Source: the human T2T-CHM13v2.0 reference genome, Homo sapiens. Taken from it: a stretch of DNA of 64,000 nucleotides. Positions 38,719-61,537 of the stretch are shown piece after piece (the stretch's first letter is position 1; each line of letters starts with the position of its first letter). The notes under the pieces were generated by a model. It ran no database searches and was not told the origin of the DNA. It saw only the letters and a list, made by a program, of their open reading frames with translations. The stretch is from the NCBI RefSeq assembly GCF_009914755.1, contig NC_060934.1, one strand, 5' to 3'. The position numbers were made by a program, and so were the translations under genes.

Positions 38719-40570
38719 CTTTTTTTTTTAACCCCTCAGACAGGGTCTCGCTCTGTCCCCCAGGCTGGAGTACAGTGGTGCTGTCACGGCTCACTGCAGC
38801 TTCACCCTCCCAAGTAGCTAGGACTACAGGCATGTGCCACCACACTCAGCTAGTTTTACATTTTTTTATAGAGATGAGGTCTCACAATTTTGACCAGGCT
38901 GGTCTCAAACTCGTAGACTCAAGCAATCATCCTGTCTTGGCCTCCAAAAGTGCTAGGATTACAGGCATGAGCCACCTTGTCCAGCCTCCTTTTTCCTTTG
39001 TATCTCTACTTCACTTTTCCCTTCCTCCCTCACTACTTCTCTCAACAGCGCAGCCTCTGACGCATCCACGGTGGTGGTTTGGAGCCTATAGACACTTCTG
39101 TGTGCACACACAAACACACACCCTCGCACATACACCCTCCTCTATCCCCACTGCTGTAGCGCCCACACAACCTCCAGCTACCCTACAGCAATTAGAGGGA
39201 AGATACACACAAATAATAACAAGCTCACCAGCTCCCTCCACTTCAGTGTCTATGGCAACCTCCTGGGGTCTTTGGGCTGGGTTGCTCTGGTTGCAGCCAG
39301 TCCCCTGGGCAGCACCAGCACTCAGGCTGTGCTCAGAGCTCAGAGAACAGGGAATGACAAAGATATCAGTACCCTGATAAGCACCAGAGGCACCCCACTG
39401 GGTGGGACCATCTTTCTCTTTGAAGCCTGCAAAGTCTCACGTCCATGAGGGGTTTTCAATCCATATTCTAAGCAGAATCCATGGGGTTACGAGGCCAGGC
39501 CGCAACAGCTAGTCAACATATATATATTGACGTTCCACATAAGATTTGGTTGCAGTTAAGAGTCCCTGACTAAAAAGAAGTTTGGAACCCATTGGACTTC
39601 TGGGTCCTTTCCAACTCTGAGATTCTATGATTAGTTTTGGAGAATTAGGAGTGATGAGATCATGACCTCTCTCCAAGGAACTCTGAGAGAATTATTAATG
39701 GTGCGGCATTTAAAACTGGAGAGAAGATGTGATCATGGAGATAGGAAAGAGTGAGAAAGCAAATACAACATTTGTTTTGTTTTGAGACAGTGTCTCACTC
39801 TGTCACCCAGGCTGTGGTGCAGTGGTGTGATCCTAACTTACTGCAGCCTCTAACTCCTGGGCTCAAGCCATTCTCCTGCCTCAGCCTCCTGAATGGCTGG
39901 GACTATAGGTCCATGCCACTATACCGAGCTTAATTAAATTTTTTTTGGTAGAAATGAGGGTCTTGCTATGTTGCCCAGGCTGGTCTTGAACTCCTGGCCT
40001 CAGGCTGTCCTCCTGCTTTGGCCTCTCAAAGTGCTGTGATTACAGGCATGAGCCACTGTAAACACAGTATTTAAATAAGCAATCCTCACACTGGGAGGGA
40101 GTGAAGGATGCCCCTCTTTGCCCTGGAAGGTACATCAGAAAAAGCCTACCAGTGGGCTTCTCCAAATCACTACTTTTTCCCATCCTTCCTGAGTCTAAAA
40201 GCTGGAAAAAAAAAAAAAAAAAAAGACTGAAACCACAGATTATGTCAATGAGTGCAGCATTTTTTTTTTTCTTTTCTTTTTTTTTTTAAGATAAAGTCTC
40301 ACCATGTCGCCTAGACTGTTCAGTGGCATGATCCTAGCTCACTGCAGCTTCTATCTCCTGGGCTCAAGTGATCCTCCCACCTCAGTCTCCTGAGTAGCTG
40401 GGACTACAGGCACAAGCCACCATGTCCTACTAATTTCTTTTTTTATTTTTAGTAGAGACGAGGTCTTGCTGTGTTGCCTGGGCTGGTCTTGAACTCCTGA
40501 ACTCAAGCAGTCCTCCTGCCTCAGCCTCCCTAAGTGCTGGGGTTACAGACATGAGCCACAGCACTTGGCC
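38719..40570 (-). mobile_element. Three AluJ-like elements (~38719-38986, ~39771-40058, ~40260-40570)
   Basis: Diverged antisense Alu bodies. Confidence 0.85.
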
Positions 40571-40929
40571 TGACTGCAGTATTTCTTAGAGGAGGGGCTG
40601 AGATATTTGAGGTGAGTGGCTGAGCTCCTAAAGTTTGGGACGTAGGAGATTTTGGAATGAGAGTTTGGGGCGAGGGCTGCAGCATCTGGTGTAAGGAACT
40701 GAGGTGTCTGGAATAGAGTTTGAGGCACTAGGGATGAAGAGCTGAGCTGAGAAATTCAGGTAAGTGTAGAAATATGTAACGTGAGGAGCTGAGGGCCTGA
40801 TAGGGGGGAACTTCCTTACATTTTCCAGCCAGCGGGTTAGTTCCAAAGAGCAATGTGATCCTGGCCTTCTCATCCATCAAGTCCAGGGCATGGCCCCCTC
40901 TGCCTCTTGACCCCTCTGCCATCCTCCTA

Positions 40930-41040
40930 TAGACTGTGAGCTTCTTGAAGGCAGGGCATTGCTGATCTTTCTCTTTGTATCCCCAACACCTACCATTGAA
41001 GCCTGGCACATAGTAGGTGCTGTCATTTATGGAATGAATG
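40930..41040 (+). mobile_element. L2 3' end
   Basis: AGACTGTGAGCTTCTTGAAGGCAGGG...CCTGGCACATAGTAGGTGCT...GAATGAATG. Confidence 0.75.
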
Positions 41041-41218
41041 AAGTATTGGGTGCAAGGGGCTGAGATATTTGCAGTGAAGAGGCAGAACCAGTGGACAAAT
41101 CTGTCATCAGAGACAGTGACAGAGCTGTCATCAGAGGCACAAGGGAGGTACTGATGTGACGACAGGCGGGCGGCATGCGTCAGCGTGGACGACCTGGGCA
41201 GGAAGAGCGGCATGTGGG

Positions 41219-41230
41219 GCCCCCTGGTGG
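41219..41230 (-). promoter_or_regulatory. Candidate CTCF site (CCACCAGGGGGC)
   Basis: Perfect core consensus inside a small CpG-retaining, non-repeat patch (~41155-41275). Confidence 0.6.
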
Positions 41231-43455
41231 GCAAACGTGAGGGGCACAGGGAGGTACAGGAAGGGGAGCGTCAAAAAAAAATGACAAAGGGAGGTGTGGT
41301 GAGGATGACAAAACTCACCAGCGTAGCTAACGTCTAGAGAAAGCTTGCTACTTACAAGGCACATGCACTAAGCACTCTAAATAAGCTACTCTATTTAACC
41401 CTCACCATCACCCTGCAAGTGTGGGAGTTTTACAGAGGAGGAAACTGAAGTTTAGAAAGGTGAAGTAGCATGTCCCAGGGCAAATAGCTAACACAATTTA
41501 TGGTGGAGCTGCGAGAATATGATTGAAGGGCAGTGAATAGAAAGAGATAGGGGGGTCAGTAAATTGTATGGGGAGCAATCCAGATAGGCTGACACCACCA
41601 ATACCATCTAGATTGGAATCTTAAACTCAGTGTGGATTTATCTCAATCTAGTCCCAGCCTCCTGAATCCAGGCATGTACCCACAGGGGACATTTGTTCAT
41701 TCATTCATTCATTCATTTATTTTACTGAGTAGCTCCTCTGTTACAGTCATTTAGGAAACAGAAGAGGAGAATCCAGCAAAACTCTGCCTCTTGTAGCTTA
41801 CATCCCTGTAGGCAGGCAGTGTAACTGGAAAGAGGTCATTTTGGACTGGAGTTAGGTCCTACTACAGAGAAAGTAAAATCAAGTAATGGGGATAGAGAGT
41901 GACGGGGTAGGGAACATAGAGGGCGCCTTTAACCGAGGTGCTCAGACCTGGGGGCTCTCTGAACGCAACTTTTAAGGGAGACATTTAGGAATAACATTTA
42001 GAAATGATGATAAGGAGGTAGTTGTTTGAAGATCCAAACAAGAGCATTCCTGGTGGAAGGGGCAGTGACAAAGTCCTGAGATAAAAAATGGTCATGGTCC
42101 CAGCTACTCGGGAGGCTGAGGCCTGAGGATCACTTAAGCCTGGGAGGCAGAGGATGCAGTAAGCCGTGATCATGCCACTGCACTCCAGCCTGTACAACAA
42201 AGTGAGACCCTGTCTCAAAAAAAAAAAAAAAAAGGTCATGGCATATTTGAGGGGTGGAAAGAAGACTGGTGTGGCCAGAGTGGGCCAGGGGGCAGCAGGA
42301 GGAGAATAGGGCCCAGAGGTCGTAATAAACCCCACATCCTGGTACAACCACCCTGATGTTCCTTCTGTGGCCCCAAACTCTGTAACTCGCAGGGAGCCCA
42401 CAAGGACAGGCTACCTCCATGCTCACAAACAAAGGAGACCTGAAATCCCAGCTCAGTGCAAGAAGACACCTTCATCAAGGACAGACATAAATCTGGGTCT
42501 GGAGCTAGAAGTGATGCTGTTCCTTGGCCCCTGGCCACCACAAAGAAGGGTGGTAGAGATGGCCACAGGATGACCTGTCTGCACTCCAGGGACTCTGGGG
42601 GTGATGCACTGGGGGTCTCTGCAGAAACAGGCAGTTTCCCCTTAGTCCATTCAAACAACTGTCTCCCTGCCCTGGGCAAGCTTTATTCTTAACCCCTCCA
42701 GCGGACAGCAACAGGCCAGAAATAGGCCCTGCCTTAAAGAGCTTTACTCACTGGGGACAAGAAGATAAACATGATAATAAAACAAGGATACAAGCCCCAA
42801 GATTAATACCACAGGCAGCCTCTGGATCTTTGCACAAGTGGCTGCCTGACTCACTCTTCCCTTCCCTCTTTGCCTGTCTGTCCTCCAGGTCTCTGCCCAA
42901 GCAGCATTTTCTCAGGGTAACTTTCCCTGGCCTCTTGATCAGATCAAATTTGTATCTTGACAGCCCCAAAACTACCACCTGCCACTTCTTCAAAGCACTC
43001 GTCCCAAGTGTATACAGGTGTTTCTATGACTACAGGCATAATGAGGGTAGGGTCTATTCCTGTTTATGTTCATCCTGGCATCCCCAGGATCTAAAGTGCC
43101 TCGGCTGTAGTAGGTACTCAATAAATGCTTGGAAAGTAAAAGCAAAGTATGATGTAAATGGGAGTAATGGAATCAGTTGGAACCATCAGAAGTGACTTAA
43201 CAGAGAGGAAGGAGAGGAAGGATGTTGGTGGATAGAGGTGGAGTTGAGGTGGCAATGCCAGTGGAAAACACAGTGTTGAGGTGCTGAGGGCTTGGCAGGT
43301 GTTTGGGACATGGGGTGGTCAGGAGAAATGGAGGGGAGGGGGTGAAGAGGGGAGAAACAGGCCATAAAGCTGGGACCAGCCATGTGGAAATCGTGCCTGG
43401 CTGTGGGTGGGCTAACAGGCCAGGCAGGGACTTGCCTCAGGAAGGACCCATGTCA

Positions 43456-44888
<1,433 letters not shown>

Positions 44889-45549
44889 AATCACTGTGCT
44901 GTATCTCCTGATAGATCTCTTGAACTTATTCCTCCTATCTATTGATAGGATTTTATGAGGAATAAATTATCAGTATAAGTGAAGGGCAAAACAGTGCCTG
45001 GAATAGTCAGGGCTCAATAAATATTAGCCATTGTAACTATACCCCTTGCCAACCTTGACCAGTTTTCTTCTCAGGTTCCCTTGGCTCTGACAGTGACGTG
45101 ACTAGTTGCTGATGACCTAGGTTCAGAATCTTGGAGTCAATCTTGACTCATCCCTTATCTCGCTTAGAGGGCAGAGCTGGGTTTGAATTCTGGGACTGCT
45201 GCTTACTATTAATACTTGTGCGACCTGGGCAAGGTAACTAAGCTCCCTGAGCTTCATGTTCCTCATTGGTAAAATAAAGATGTTGTAACTTTCACTGTAG
45301 GGTTGTTATAATAATTTAATGATAGTATTTGTAGGTGAATGGTTCGATGCCTGATGCTAAATAAATGGTACTTGTTATCATTATCATCCTGTATATCATT
45401 AGGAACTGACACCTATATATTTTTCCCTTTACATGTCCTTGTATCCATCTCTTCTTTTTTATTTCCCTCCCACCATCCTGGACTAGGCCTTCCTCAGCCT
45501 CCCGAGTTTCTGCAGTAGCCCTCCTTCTAACTTTGCTGACCCATTTTAT

Positions 45550-45699
45550 TCATTTTCCTCTTTCTTTTTCTCTTTCTTTCTCTACCTTTTTTTTATTTCC
45601 TCCCTCCCTCCCTCCTTTCCTTCCTTTCCTTCCTTTCTTTCCCTTTCTTCCCTTCCTTCCCTCCCTTCCTTCCTTCCCTATCTCTTTTTCTTCCTTTTT
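45550..45699 (+). repeat. Polypyrimidine (CCTT/CT) low-complexity tract
   Basis: ~150 bp of almost pure C/T. Confidence 0.9.
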
Positions 45700-45709
45700 A
45701 AGAAATATT

Positions 45710-47116
<1,407 letters not shown>

Positions 47117-50100
47117 ACAAATAATAAATTTCTTATGTTGAACATAGATTGCTTGAACAACAACAACAATAATGCCATATTTTCTCCCTACTATCTCATT
47201 TTAATCATCATAACAACCCTAAGGGTAAGTTTTGGTATTCTCATTTTACAGATGAGATTGCGCTGATTCTCTGAACTCACCCCTTGAAATGGTTGGCACC
47301 TAATTATGGGCTTGCTGTTTGCTTTCTTAAAATTTTGGTTTTAACTTCTCATTTAGATCATAGGTCCCTTAAAAGCAGAGCCCTAGTCTTCTCCTCCTTA
47401 TATCTCCTTCTCCTCATATCTTGTGGCCAAGCACTGTGTGCTATACACAGTGAGTGCTTTTTAACGGGTCTGTCCGTTGGATGGATCCTGTTCTGATATG
47501 GGCCGCTTATATTGGTGGTGGTGCCATCTTGAATGCTTTCCACTCTGGGCCCAAGGATGGAGAACCTGGAGATGGTGCGGGCCACAGAAGTGAGGAGGCT
47601 AGGTCTCCACCCCAAACGGGCAGTGATTCTGCTTGTCCACTAGAGGCCGCCTTAGACCCAGTTTTAGAGAGCCGGAGAGCTACCAGATTACTCAGCCCAC
47701 TCCACCCCAGGGGTCATTTCCAGCACCAAGTCTGTCTTAGAACCCAAGGCCCCACAGTCCATTATTGGTGCCTCCAGCTATGGTTTCTTCCAGTAGATCA
47801 CTAGATCTCAGACATGGAATGAGCTCCAGAATAAAAGTTGCTGATGCCAGCTAGATAACAGGAGTGTTCTGGCAGGTTCCAGGTGCCCCTCAATGAGCCA
47901 AATCAACAAATGTATATGGGGCACCCAACTGAGCACCTTCTGTGTACTAGGCAGGGTGCTATACTCTGGGACTAGTTTGGTGAACAAGACCTCCCTTCTC
48001 TACTCTCCCAGCTCTTATGATCTAATGAGGTACACAGACAAATCTAAAATCAATGCATTGTGTGATAAACTGCTGACATGATTTCTCCTCCAGGGTTAGT
48101 TCTCTCTATGTCTCATTTCACTGTGAATTATCCCATGAGACACCTACTTGCTTTAGGGCAAGGAAGTAAGGCCAGAAGCAGAGAAAAGAAAATCATCCAC
48201 ATTTGGAGAATCACTGCAGAACCCCTCCTTTCAGGAGGTATAAGGATCTCCAGTGTCTTCTGGTAGATCTGAGGGCATCTGGGGCTGGAGTGGGTGCTGG
48301 GGACAAGGAAGTACCAGGCCACCTCGACACAGCCTTCCTGCTCTTCCTTCTCCAGGTGGCCTGGGAGCTTTGCTTGGGAAGTGAAGCAGATTCCCCAGAC
48401 TTTGGGTTGTGATCTGCCTGCTTACTTTCTCACTGATTTATCTTTGCCTCTTTTTGTTTATTTATTTCTTCCTTTTTCTCAGATTATCTGTCAGTCAACA
48501 TGTTTGTCAAATGAATGTGATATTCAGGGCACTCTTTTTCACTCAGAAGCATGAGGTCAAGGAAGTCACAACAGAGTTGGGGAGATAAGATACAGAGGGA
48601 TAGAGACAGACTCCCGTGCAGTGCCGCATTTTTCTAAGTGCAAGTTGTGGCTGCCCGTGGCCATTTCCAGGGATAGATCCCTGGGGTCTGAGGGAGTCCG
48701 GGAAGGCTTCCTTCCTGGAGGAGCTCTCAGCCTGCCCAGTGGTGAGTTTCTGTGTGCGGGTGTTTTCAGAAAAGACAGAGAAGAGTGAAACATCCCCTCC
48801 ACCCAGTTGTTCATTCCGCTGTGCCTGGACAAGGGTCTCAGAGGCCCCAGTGCTCCACATTCCTGAGAAGCAGCTTCTGAGTCAGAGCCCCAGAAACAGC
48901 TGAGGCGGCTTCAGGCTGGAGTCTTGGCTCTGTTTTCCTCCATTCTGTCCAAAAGCAACTCCCTCCGTAGCTATTTGGATGTGACCAGAAACCCAAGCAG
49001 GGCCCTGGGGTGGGAGCCTGGCTCAGCCAAAGTCTATAAAATGGATTTGTTCCCTGCATTCCCTCCAGGGCTGCAGCCGTCAGGTAAAGGTGGGTGCCCA
49101 GTGACACCTGTGCCAGAAAGCCCAAGGGGCAGGGGAGACTCACCCTGTGCCTACAAGTTACAGCCCCCAATGCAGCTATTATTGGGTTGCCTCCGGGAAG
49201 GGGGTCGTAATTAGGATTTGGCTTAAGTTAAGACAGCAGCATTCCCTGGGCAATCTGCCAGCACCTCCTCACTGCCTGGGCGTGGGGCCCAGGACATGCC
49301 AGGGCAATGCCAGAGAGCTGACTCAGGGGGCGGCATTAGGGGAACAGAAAAACCCTTCCCACCCGCCAGCCAAGAGAGGAGATGAAGCTGCCTGGGGGCC
49401 CGCTGTGATGGCCCTGCATGCCCAGACCACTAGCAGGCTGTGTATGGGGTCACTTCTCAGGCCACAGAGCCATGAAGCCCCATATTTCCTGGGGCCATCA
49501 GCAGAAGGCCAGGGCTCCCCATTCATTCTCTGAGTTCCTTTCTTCCTGCAAAGACCTCTAGCTATGCAGGTCTAGGTTCCCCAAACCCCTTTCTACATTG
49601 ATGCAGGCCCTGCCATTGCCACTTTCTTAAGACTGTGACCTTGGGCAAGTCACTTACCTGGGTGAGACTTAGATTCCTTATATTTAAGATGCGATGAAGA
49701 ATATCTGCTTGCCTCATAGGGCTGCAGTAAGGATCAAATGAGATAATGTCTATGAAGGTATCTTGTATATTATAAAGCACATTTATAATAAGGGTATTAT
49801 TGTTGTCATCATTATTCCTGAGACAGAAATTATAGCCTCTGGCTCCTGAAGCTCAAAGTCCTCCTCTTTGCCTCCTTTATTCTGACAAGTTGCTCTGAAA
49901 CCCAATGCCATAATCTTAAACCAGTCTTGAGCCTCGGAAGCATTGACACCCGCTCTTCTGCCTGGTGCTATGGTGCCAGCTCCGGGAAGCAACCCCCATC
50001 ACCCTAGCTCTGTTAAACCGGTTCTTTCTCTTCTAATCAGACTCCTCCAGTCCAGTTTGCCTGCAATGATGACAAAGAAACCTAAAATAGCACAGGCTCT

Positions 50101-50807
50101 GCAAACACTGCTAGAAACTGAGCTTGGGGCATAAGGTGCTGTCTGTCACCCATGGGCCCGTCTGGGCATCCCAGCCAGGTGCAGCCCTCTGCCCTCCAGG
50201 GTCTGGCCTATCTTCCTTTATGCAGCCCCAGGATGACAGTTCCTCCTGTCAGCACTTTGTGTGGCTGAATTGGATGACTACCTAGAAAGCTGGCTTGGCT
50301 AGAGGTGCCAGAGGAGGGGGCTTACTGCTCCCTCGACCAGGTCCTCACCCCTGCGCTCTTGGGAACTTCCCTCGTGCCAAGAGGCCAGGTGAGCTGAGCT
50401 AATATCACAGGGAACAGCAGCTGCAACTGTGGCCCCAGGGAAGGTTGTGGACTGGGTACCGGAAAACCCTGATTCTGAGGACCCTGTGACGAGCAGGCCC
50501 TGGCTTGTCATTGTGACTACAGAACCAGTTTAGTGTGCAGCTGCTGGAGTGCCTGCCTGTGGGCCACTGGGCCTAGCTAGGCTCTGGGATTTCCCATGGG
50601 GCCTTCATATGACTTACCCTGGTGGGTGTGGTGGCTGCCAAGGCCTGATTCAAATGAGGAAGCTTGCAGCAGGGAGCCACGGGCATTTCTTGCCGCTCTA
50701 GCAGAACACTCATCATTGCCTAGTCCTTCTCTAATTGACCCGATGTTAAGTCGCCATTTGCATGTGGCACGAGTCTCTACCTTTAGAACTTTCTCATCCA
50801 GCTCTTT

Positions 50808-51561
<754 letters not shown>

Positions 51562-51654
51562 ATCCTCCAGCTTTTTCTAAAACACCTTCTTTAGTACGTG
51601 TGTTCCTTTGCTGGGTGGTTACTATAAGAAAGACAGATGAAGTATTAGCTTATG

Positions 51655-53312
<1,658 letters not shown>

Positions 53313-53444
53313 GTTTATGTCTGTGTGTAGTCTACTCCACTACAGCTCTGAATCCCACTGTCTCTGTTTCCAATAGTTTGTTTCCTATTCTTCTATGCAT
53401 TACATGATACAGCTAGCCCAGTGATTCCAAAATATGTTGACTTG

Positions 53445-53757
53445 CTGGGCACAGTGGCTCATGCCTATAATCCCAGCACTTTGGGAGGCTAATTCGGAGG
53501 ATTGCTTGAGTCCAGAAGTTCAAGACCAGCCTGCGCAATGTGGTGAAACCATCTCTTCAAAAAGAAGAAGAAGAAAAGAGTACAAAACTAGCCAGTCATA
53601 GTGGTGCGTTCCTGTAGTCCCAGCTACTCTGGAGGCTGAAGTGGGAGGATCACCCGTCTGGGAGGTCGAGGCTGCAGTGAGCTGAGATTATACTCTAGCC
53701 TGGGTGACACAGTGAGACCCTGTCTCCAGAAAAAAAAAAAAGAAAAAAAGAAAAAAT
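53445..53757 (+). mobile_element. AluJ-like
   Basis: Alu consensus; TSD-like ATGTTGACT. Confidence 0.88.
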
Positions 53758-56572
53758 GTTGACTGATTATTTTTGTTTCTCTAGCCCTGCAACTGAATTA
53801 TTTAGCTCCCTGAATCTCAGACTGCCTTCCCTCTATGCAGTTAAGTGCACTGTGTCAGAGCATGTGAAATAGAGCCTCACTTTGAGGACTGATGAGAGGA
53901 GGCCCTTCGTTATCTCTTTGACGTCTTGTACCTGACTGGCTTTCAGTTCCTACAGTGCTCTGAGTTCCTTTCTGCCTCATGTCAACTCCTCTGCCTGGGA
54001 AGTTCTTTTTCCCCTTACGACAGGCTCCCTCGTGGCCATTCTTCAGGATTCAGTGTCAATGTCACCTCCTCAGTGGGATATTCCACTTCATCCGCTCCTC
54101 CGCCCCTCACCAGGTTATGTCCCTCTGCTGTACATTCGCACAGGCCATTGTATTCCTTCTTAGCATATTCACTATCATTCCTTACATATTGGTTGAATTT
54201 GTATTTACACTGTGGTTGCATCATGAATGCAGTTTACTTACTCAAACCCGACCACACACTCAGCTGAAAAAGCCCAAAACAAAGAAATTCCTTTATTTAG
54301 AGTCACATGCCACCGTTAAAGCCAGATCTTGACAGCTACTGCCCCAGGGTCACAACCAAAGTACAAAGAGAAATAGATGTTATTTCTCGGCTTTTGTGCT
54401 TCTGAATGCCTAGGTCCTGGTAATGTAAGGGATTTGCAGGAATAAGTTGGCTATCTTTATGTCCCAGACTGATTTTAGAATCTGCCACTATTCCCATAAA
54501 TGCAGAAGGTGGAAATCCATTGTATTATCTGGCTCCCCTCTGAATTGAAGCTCCACGAGGACAGGTTATGGGCTTGCCTTTATCATTGCTGGATCCCCAG
54601 AGTCTAGCACAGTGCTGGACACATAGTAAGTACTCAGTACATCTTGGGTTGATGGATAAATGATGCTAGGTGGATGACGGATAATGGATGATGGATGGAA
54701 GAGGGATGGTCAGAGCCATGAGGACCAGCACAGTGCAGGATGTCCCTGGAGATAGGCTAATACTTGATCCGACTTAACTACTGGGGGTGGGGAAGAAGGA
54801 TGAAGGAAATGAGATGGTTGCACTACTCCAATGGAACGGACTTGCCAAAGGCCTGTACTTTTGCAGATCTCCAAGGATTTTTTAAATCCCACGCTCTACT
54901 TTCCCCCAAACTAAGATCATCGGATTAGAGCCTTAACCAAGGCAGTGTAGCCGCCGCTGAGTCACTACACAGTCCTACTGTACCCCCTCGGGGCTCAGAC
55001 AGTGGGCACCTCCCAGTTTGGATTCCTATCCTGACCCAAAAACCCCACCCAACTCCCTGCTGTGACCTTGCTCCTTATACTTTCCCTGTCCTCGCCCAAA
55101 GCTTTGTTTGACCCCAGTGCCAACCCTGATCTTGATCACAATTGCTTTTACAGCCCTGGTGCCGATCCCAGCAATCCCAACCTTGATTCCCATATATACA
55201 TATTTTAAAAAAATGTTTGGAGACTGGATCTTGCTATGTTGCCCAGGCCAGTTTCAAACTCCTGTCCTCAAGTGATCCTCCTGCCTCAACCTCCTGAGTA
55301 GCTGGGACTACAGATGTGCCACCATGCCTGGCTTTGATTCCCATCTTGACCCTAACCTTGGCCCAGGTATGTCTTTGCTTCTGATCCTGAGTACCTTGTA
55401 CATCTGTGCATCTATGCCTTTTTTTATTATTAGTTTTGGCTATTTATAAAGCTTTTGCACACATTATTTCATTTGACATTTACAACTTTACATAATCATC
55501 CTATCTTACACACGAGAAAACTGAGACTTGTGAAAAATGCCTAAGGCCACACAGCTAGTAAATGGGGGAAACTAGATCAGATTCAGGTCTTCCAGCTTTA
55601 AATCCAGCACTACAGGAGCCTGGGTGGCTGAAGCTCCCCATATAGGTCTCCGTTGCCCTTGTGAAGCCATGAGTTCAAAACCAGCATGGGTAACAGAGTG
55701 AGCAAAACAAAGGATCTCGGGGTTCTAATAGTAGTGGTGATAACAATAACCTTAGCTTACTGGGGAATTCCCTCATGACAAGCAGAGTGCCAAGAAGCTC
55801 TTCATGCACCAGCTATCTTATCCCCACAGCAATGCTATGGAGCTTGATAGCCCCATCTCACAGAGGAAACCATGGCTTATGGAGGTTAACGGCTTATGTG
55901 TTTAAGGTAGCACAGCTAACAAGAGTTTGAGCCAGAGTTTCAACCCAAGTCTCTCTGACTTTAATTGCAGTTCACTCCAATCTTTATAAAGAAATGAGAT
56001 GGGGCAACAGGAAGCAGCTGGAGCCCAGTCTTCTAACCATGGGCCCGCCATACCTTTTGAGCTGTAGTGCCAAATTCCAGGGTATTGTGTTTGATCACCA
56101 AAACTGGGTTAAAAATGAGTCAAGCCTTGGCAGAACTGACTCACTGTGGTGTCTGTCAGCTCTAAAAGGAGACAGGAAGCCTCAGAGGGCAACTGCGGAC
56201 TGACCAGTGGCCAGTGGAAGAAGGTCTCAGAAGCATCCTACCGCAAACCCTGTGGGTGATAAACACAGAAATCCATGTGCCTGCCAAAGAAAAAAAGACT
56301 CAGACTCAAAGTTCATTTTTAAAATTAGACCTGCCAGTCCCCATTTCTTTCTCCATACTCAATGTTAAATTGTATTAGATGTGATATTATTGTGGTTATT
56401 TATGAGAAAATTTTTGTTCTTAACAGATATAAACTGAAGTGTTTGGGGTGAAGTGTCTCAATGTCTTGCTTTCAAATTGCTAAAGAAAAAATAATTAAAA
56501 TGAGGTGCATACACATGGCCACCCCGTGTGGAGGGGGCAGGAGACAGAGAAGGCAATTATGAAGAAAGGTGA

Positions 56573-56925
<353 letters not shown>

Positions 56926-57065
56926 GGTCAACTTCTCTTTCATCTCTAACACTCACACTTGATCCTTGTCCCTTGCCAGCAGGTTCTTTATCTCCATCCC
57001 AGTCCCCACCCCCATCTCAGTTCACATCACTGAATGTCGTTGCTGCTGTCTTCTCACGTCTCTGA

Positions 57066-59995
<2,930 letters not shown>

Positions 59996-61197
59996 TGAAC
60001 ACAATACTCCAGATGCCTGAGTGTTTCAGGCTCCAGGGTCTGCTTCTCCCCCTGAGACCCCACCTCTCCCAGCTCTGAGAGCTGGTGTTTCCCTGTGGTG
60101 GCAAAATCACCCTTGCAGCTGAGCAGCCAACATGGTTCTTTCTCCTGCACCCTCTGGTTTCTTCCAAGCTCTGAAGAGCTGGCTATCTCTCTGCCTTCCA
60201 CTTATGTAGGGTTGGACTGAGAAATAATACAGGCTCTAGGGAGAATACTGACTCTATTTCTGAGCCCACACTCTTCTGAACTTCTTTTTCCACATAGTCT
60301 TCCAGACCAGAGGCTACTGTGCTGACTCCATGGAGGCCAGCTATGGCTTTGACCTGCCACTGACCTCAGAACTAGAACAGCATCCAAAGTCTTGGGCAAA
60401 ACTGTTTCTTGGTCCCATAAGGACCCAGGGGAACATCTTATATTGCTCTGGCTACAACCCCCATGCTATTTGAATCAGCCCCTTCCTTTGCTGAAGTTCA
60501 TATCTGGGTTTAGGTCTCCAAGACAGACACTGGGTGTGGTGATTCACCCTGTCTAATCCTCATGACTCCTCAAGGGGAACTTGGAGACCTGGAATTTTGG
60601 TCAGGAGTCCCTGTTCATATTCCCAGAACCCAGGCTCTCTGGGGTAACATTTGTTTATGTTGTTTAATAGTTACATCCTCTCCATGGCCTTCTGATGTCA
60701 AGAGCAGGCCACGTCAAACCTGGCCCCCATGTTCATGTCAAAGCTGGCCCCTATGGGCTACAGACGTCCCAGGCTTTGCTTCAGCCCAGGCCTCACCCCC
60801 TTTGCTTACAAGTACCTGATGAAAATTTCTTTTTCTTTTAGCTGATTCTGTCTTCTGTGAAAGCAGGTGGAAAAGACGTTCTGCTGCATTCCACAGAAGG
60901 GAAAACAGGCATATGGAGGGAAGTGACTCAGCCAGGTTCATGGATGGAGTCAGCCACCAAGCCAGGAATGGAGCTCTATCCTCTGACTCTGAAACCACAG
61001 CCTTCACCACGGCAGTCACTCCTTTCCTCAAGAGGAAGCTTCAGCTCATGCTCGCAGATATGGCCTTTGGACTCAACAGGTGCTACTGGCATTGGGCAGT
61101 GGGGCTTTCTACCCCCGGTTCTTCCCACTCCAATCCAGGAGACTACTGGCCTTCAAATATGGATTTCATGGTACAGCACTTTAAAGGAACTTTCTAA

Positions 61198-61537
<340 letters not shown>

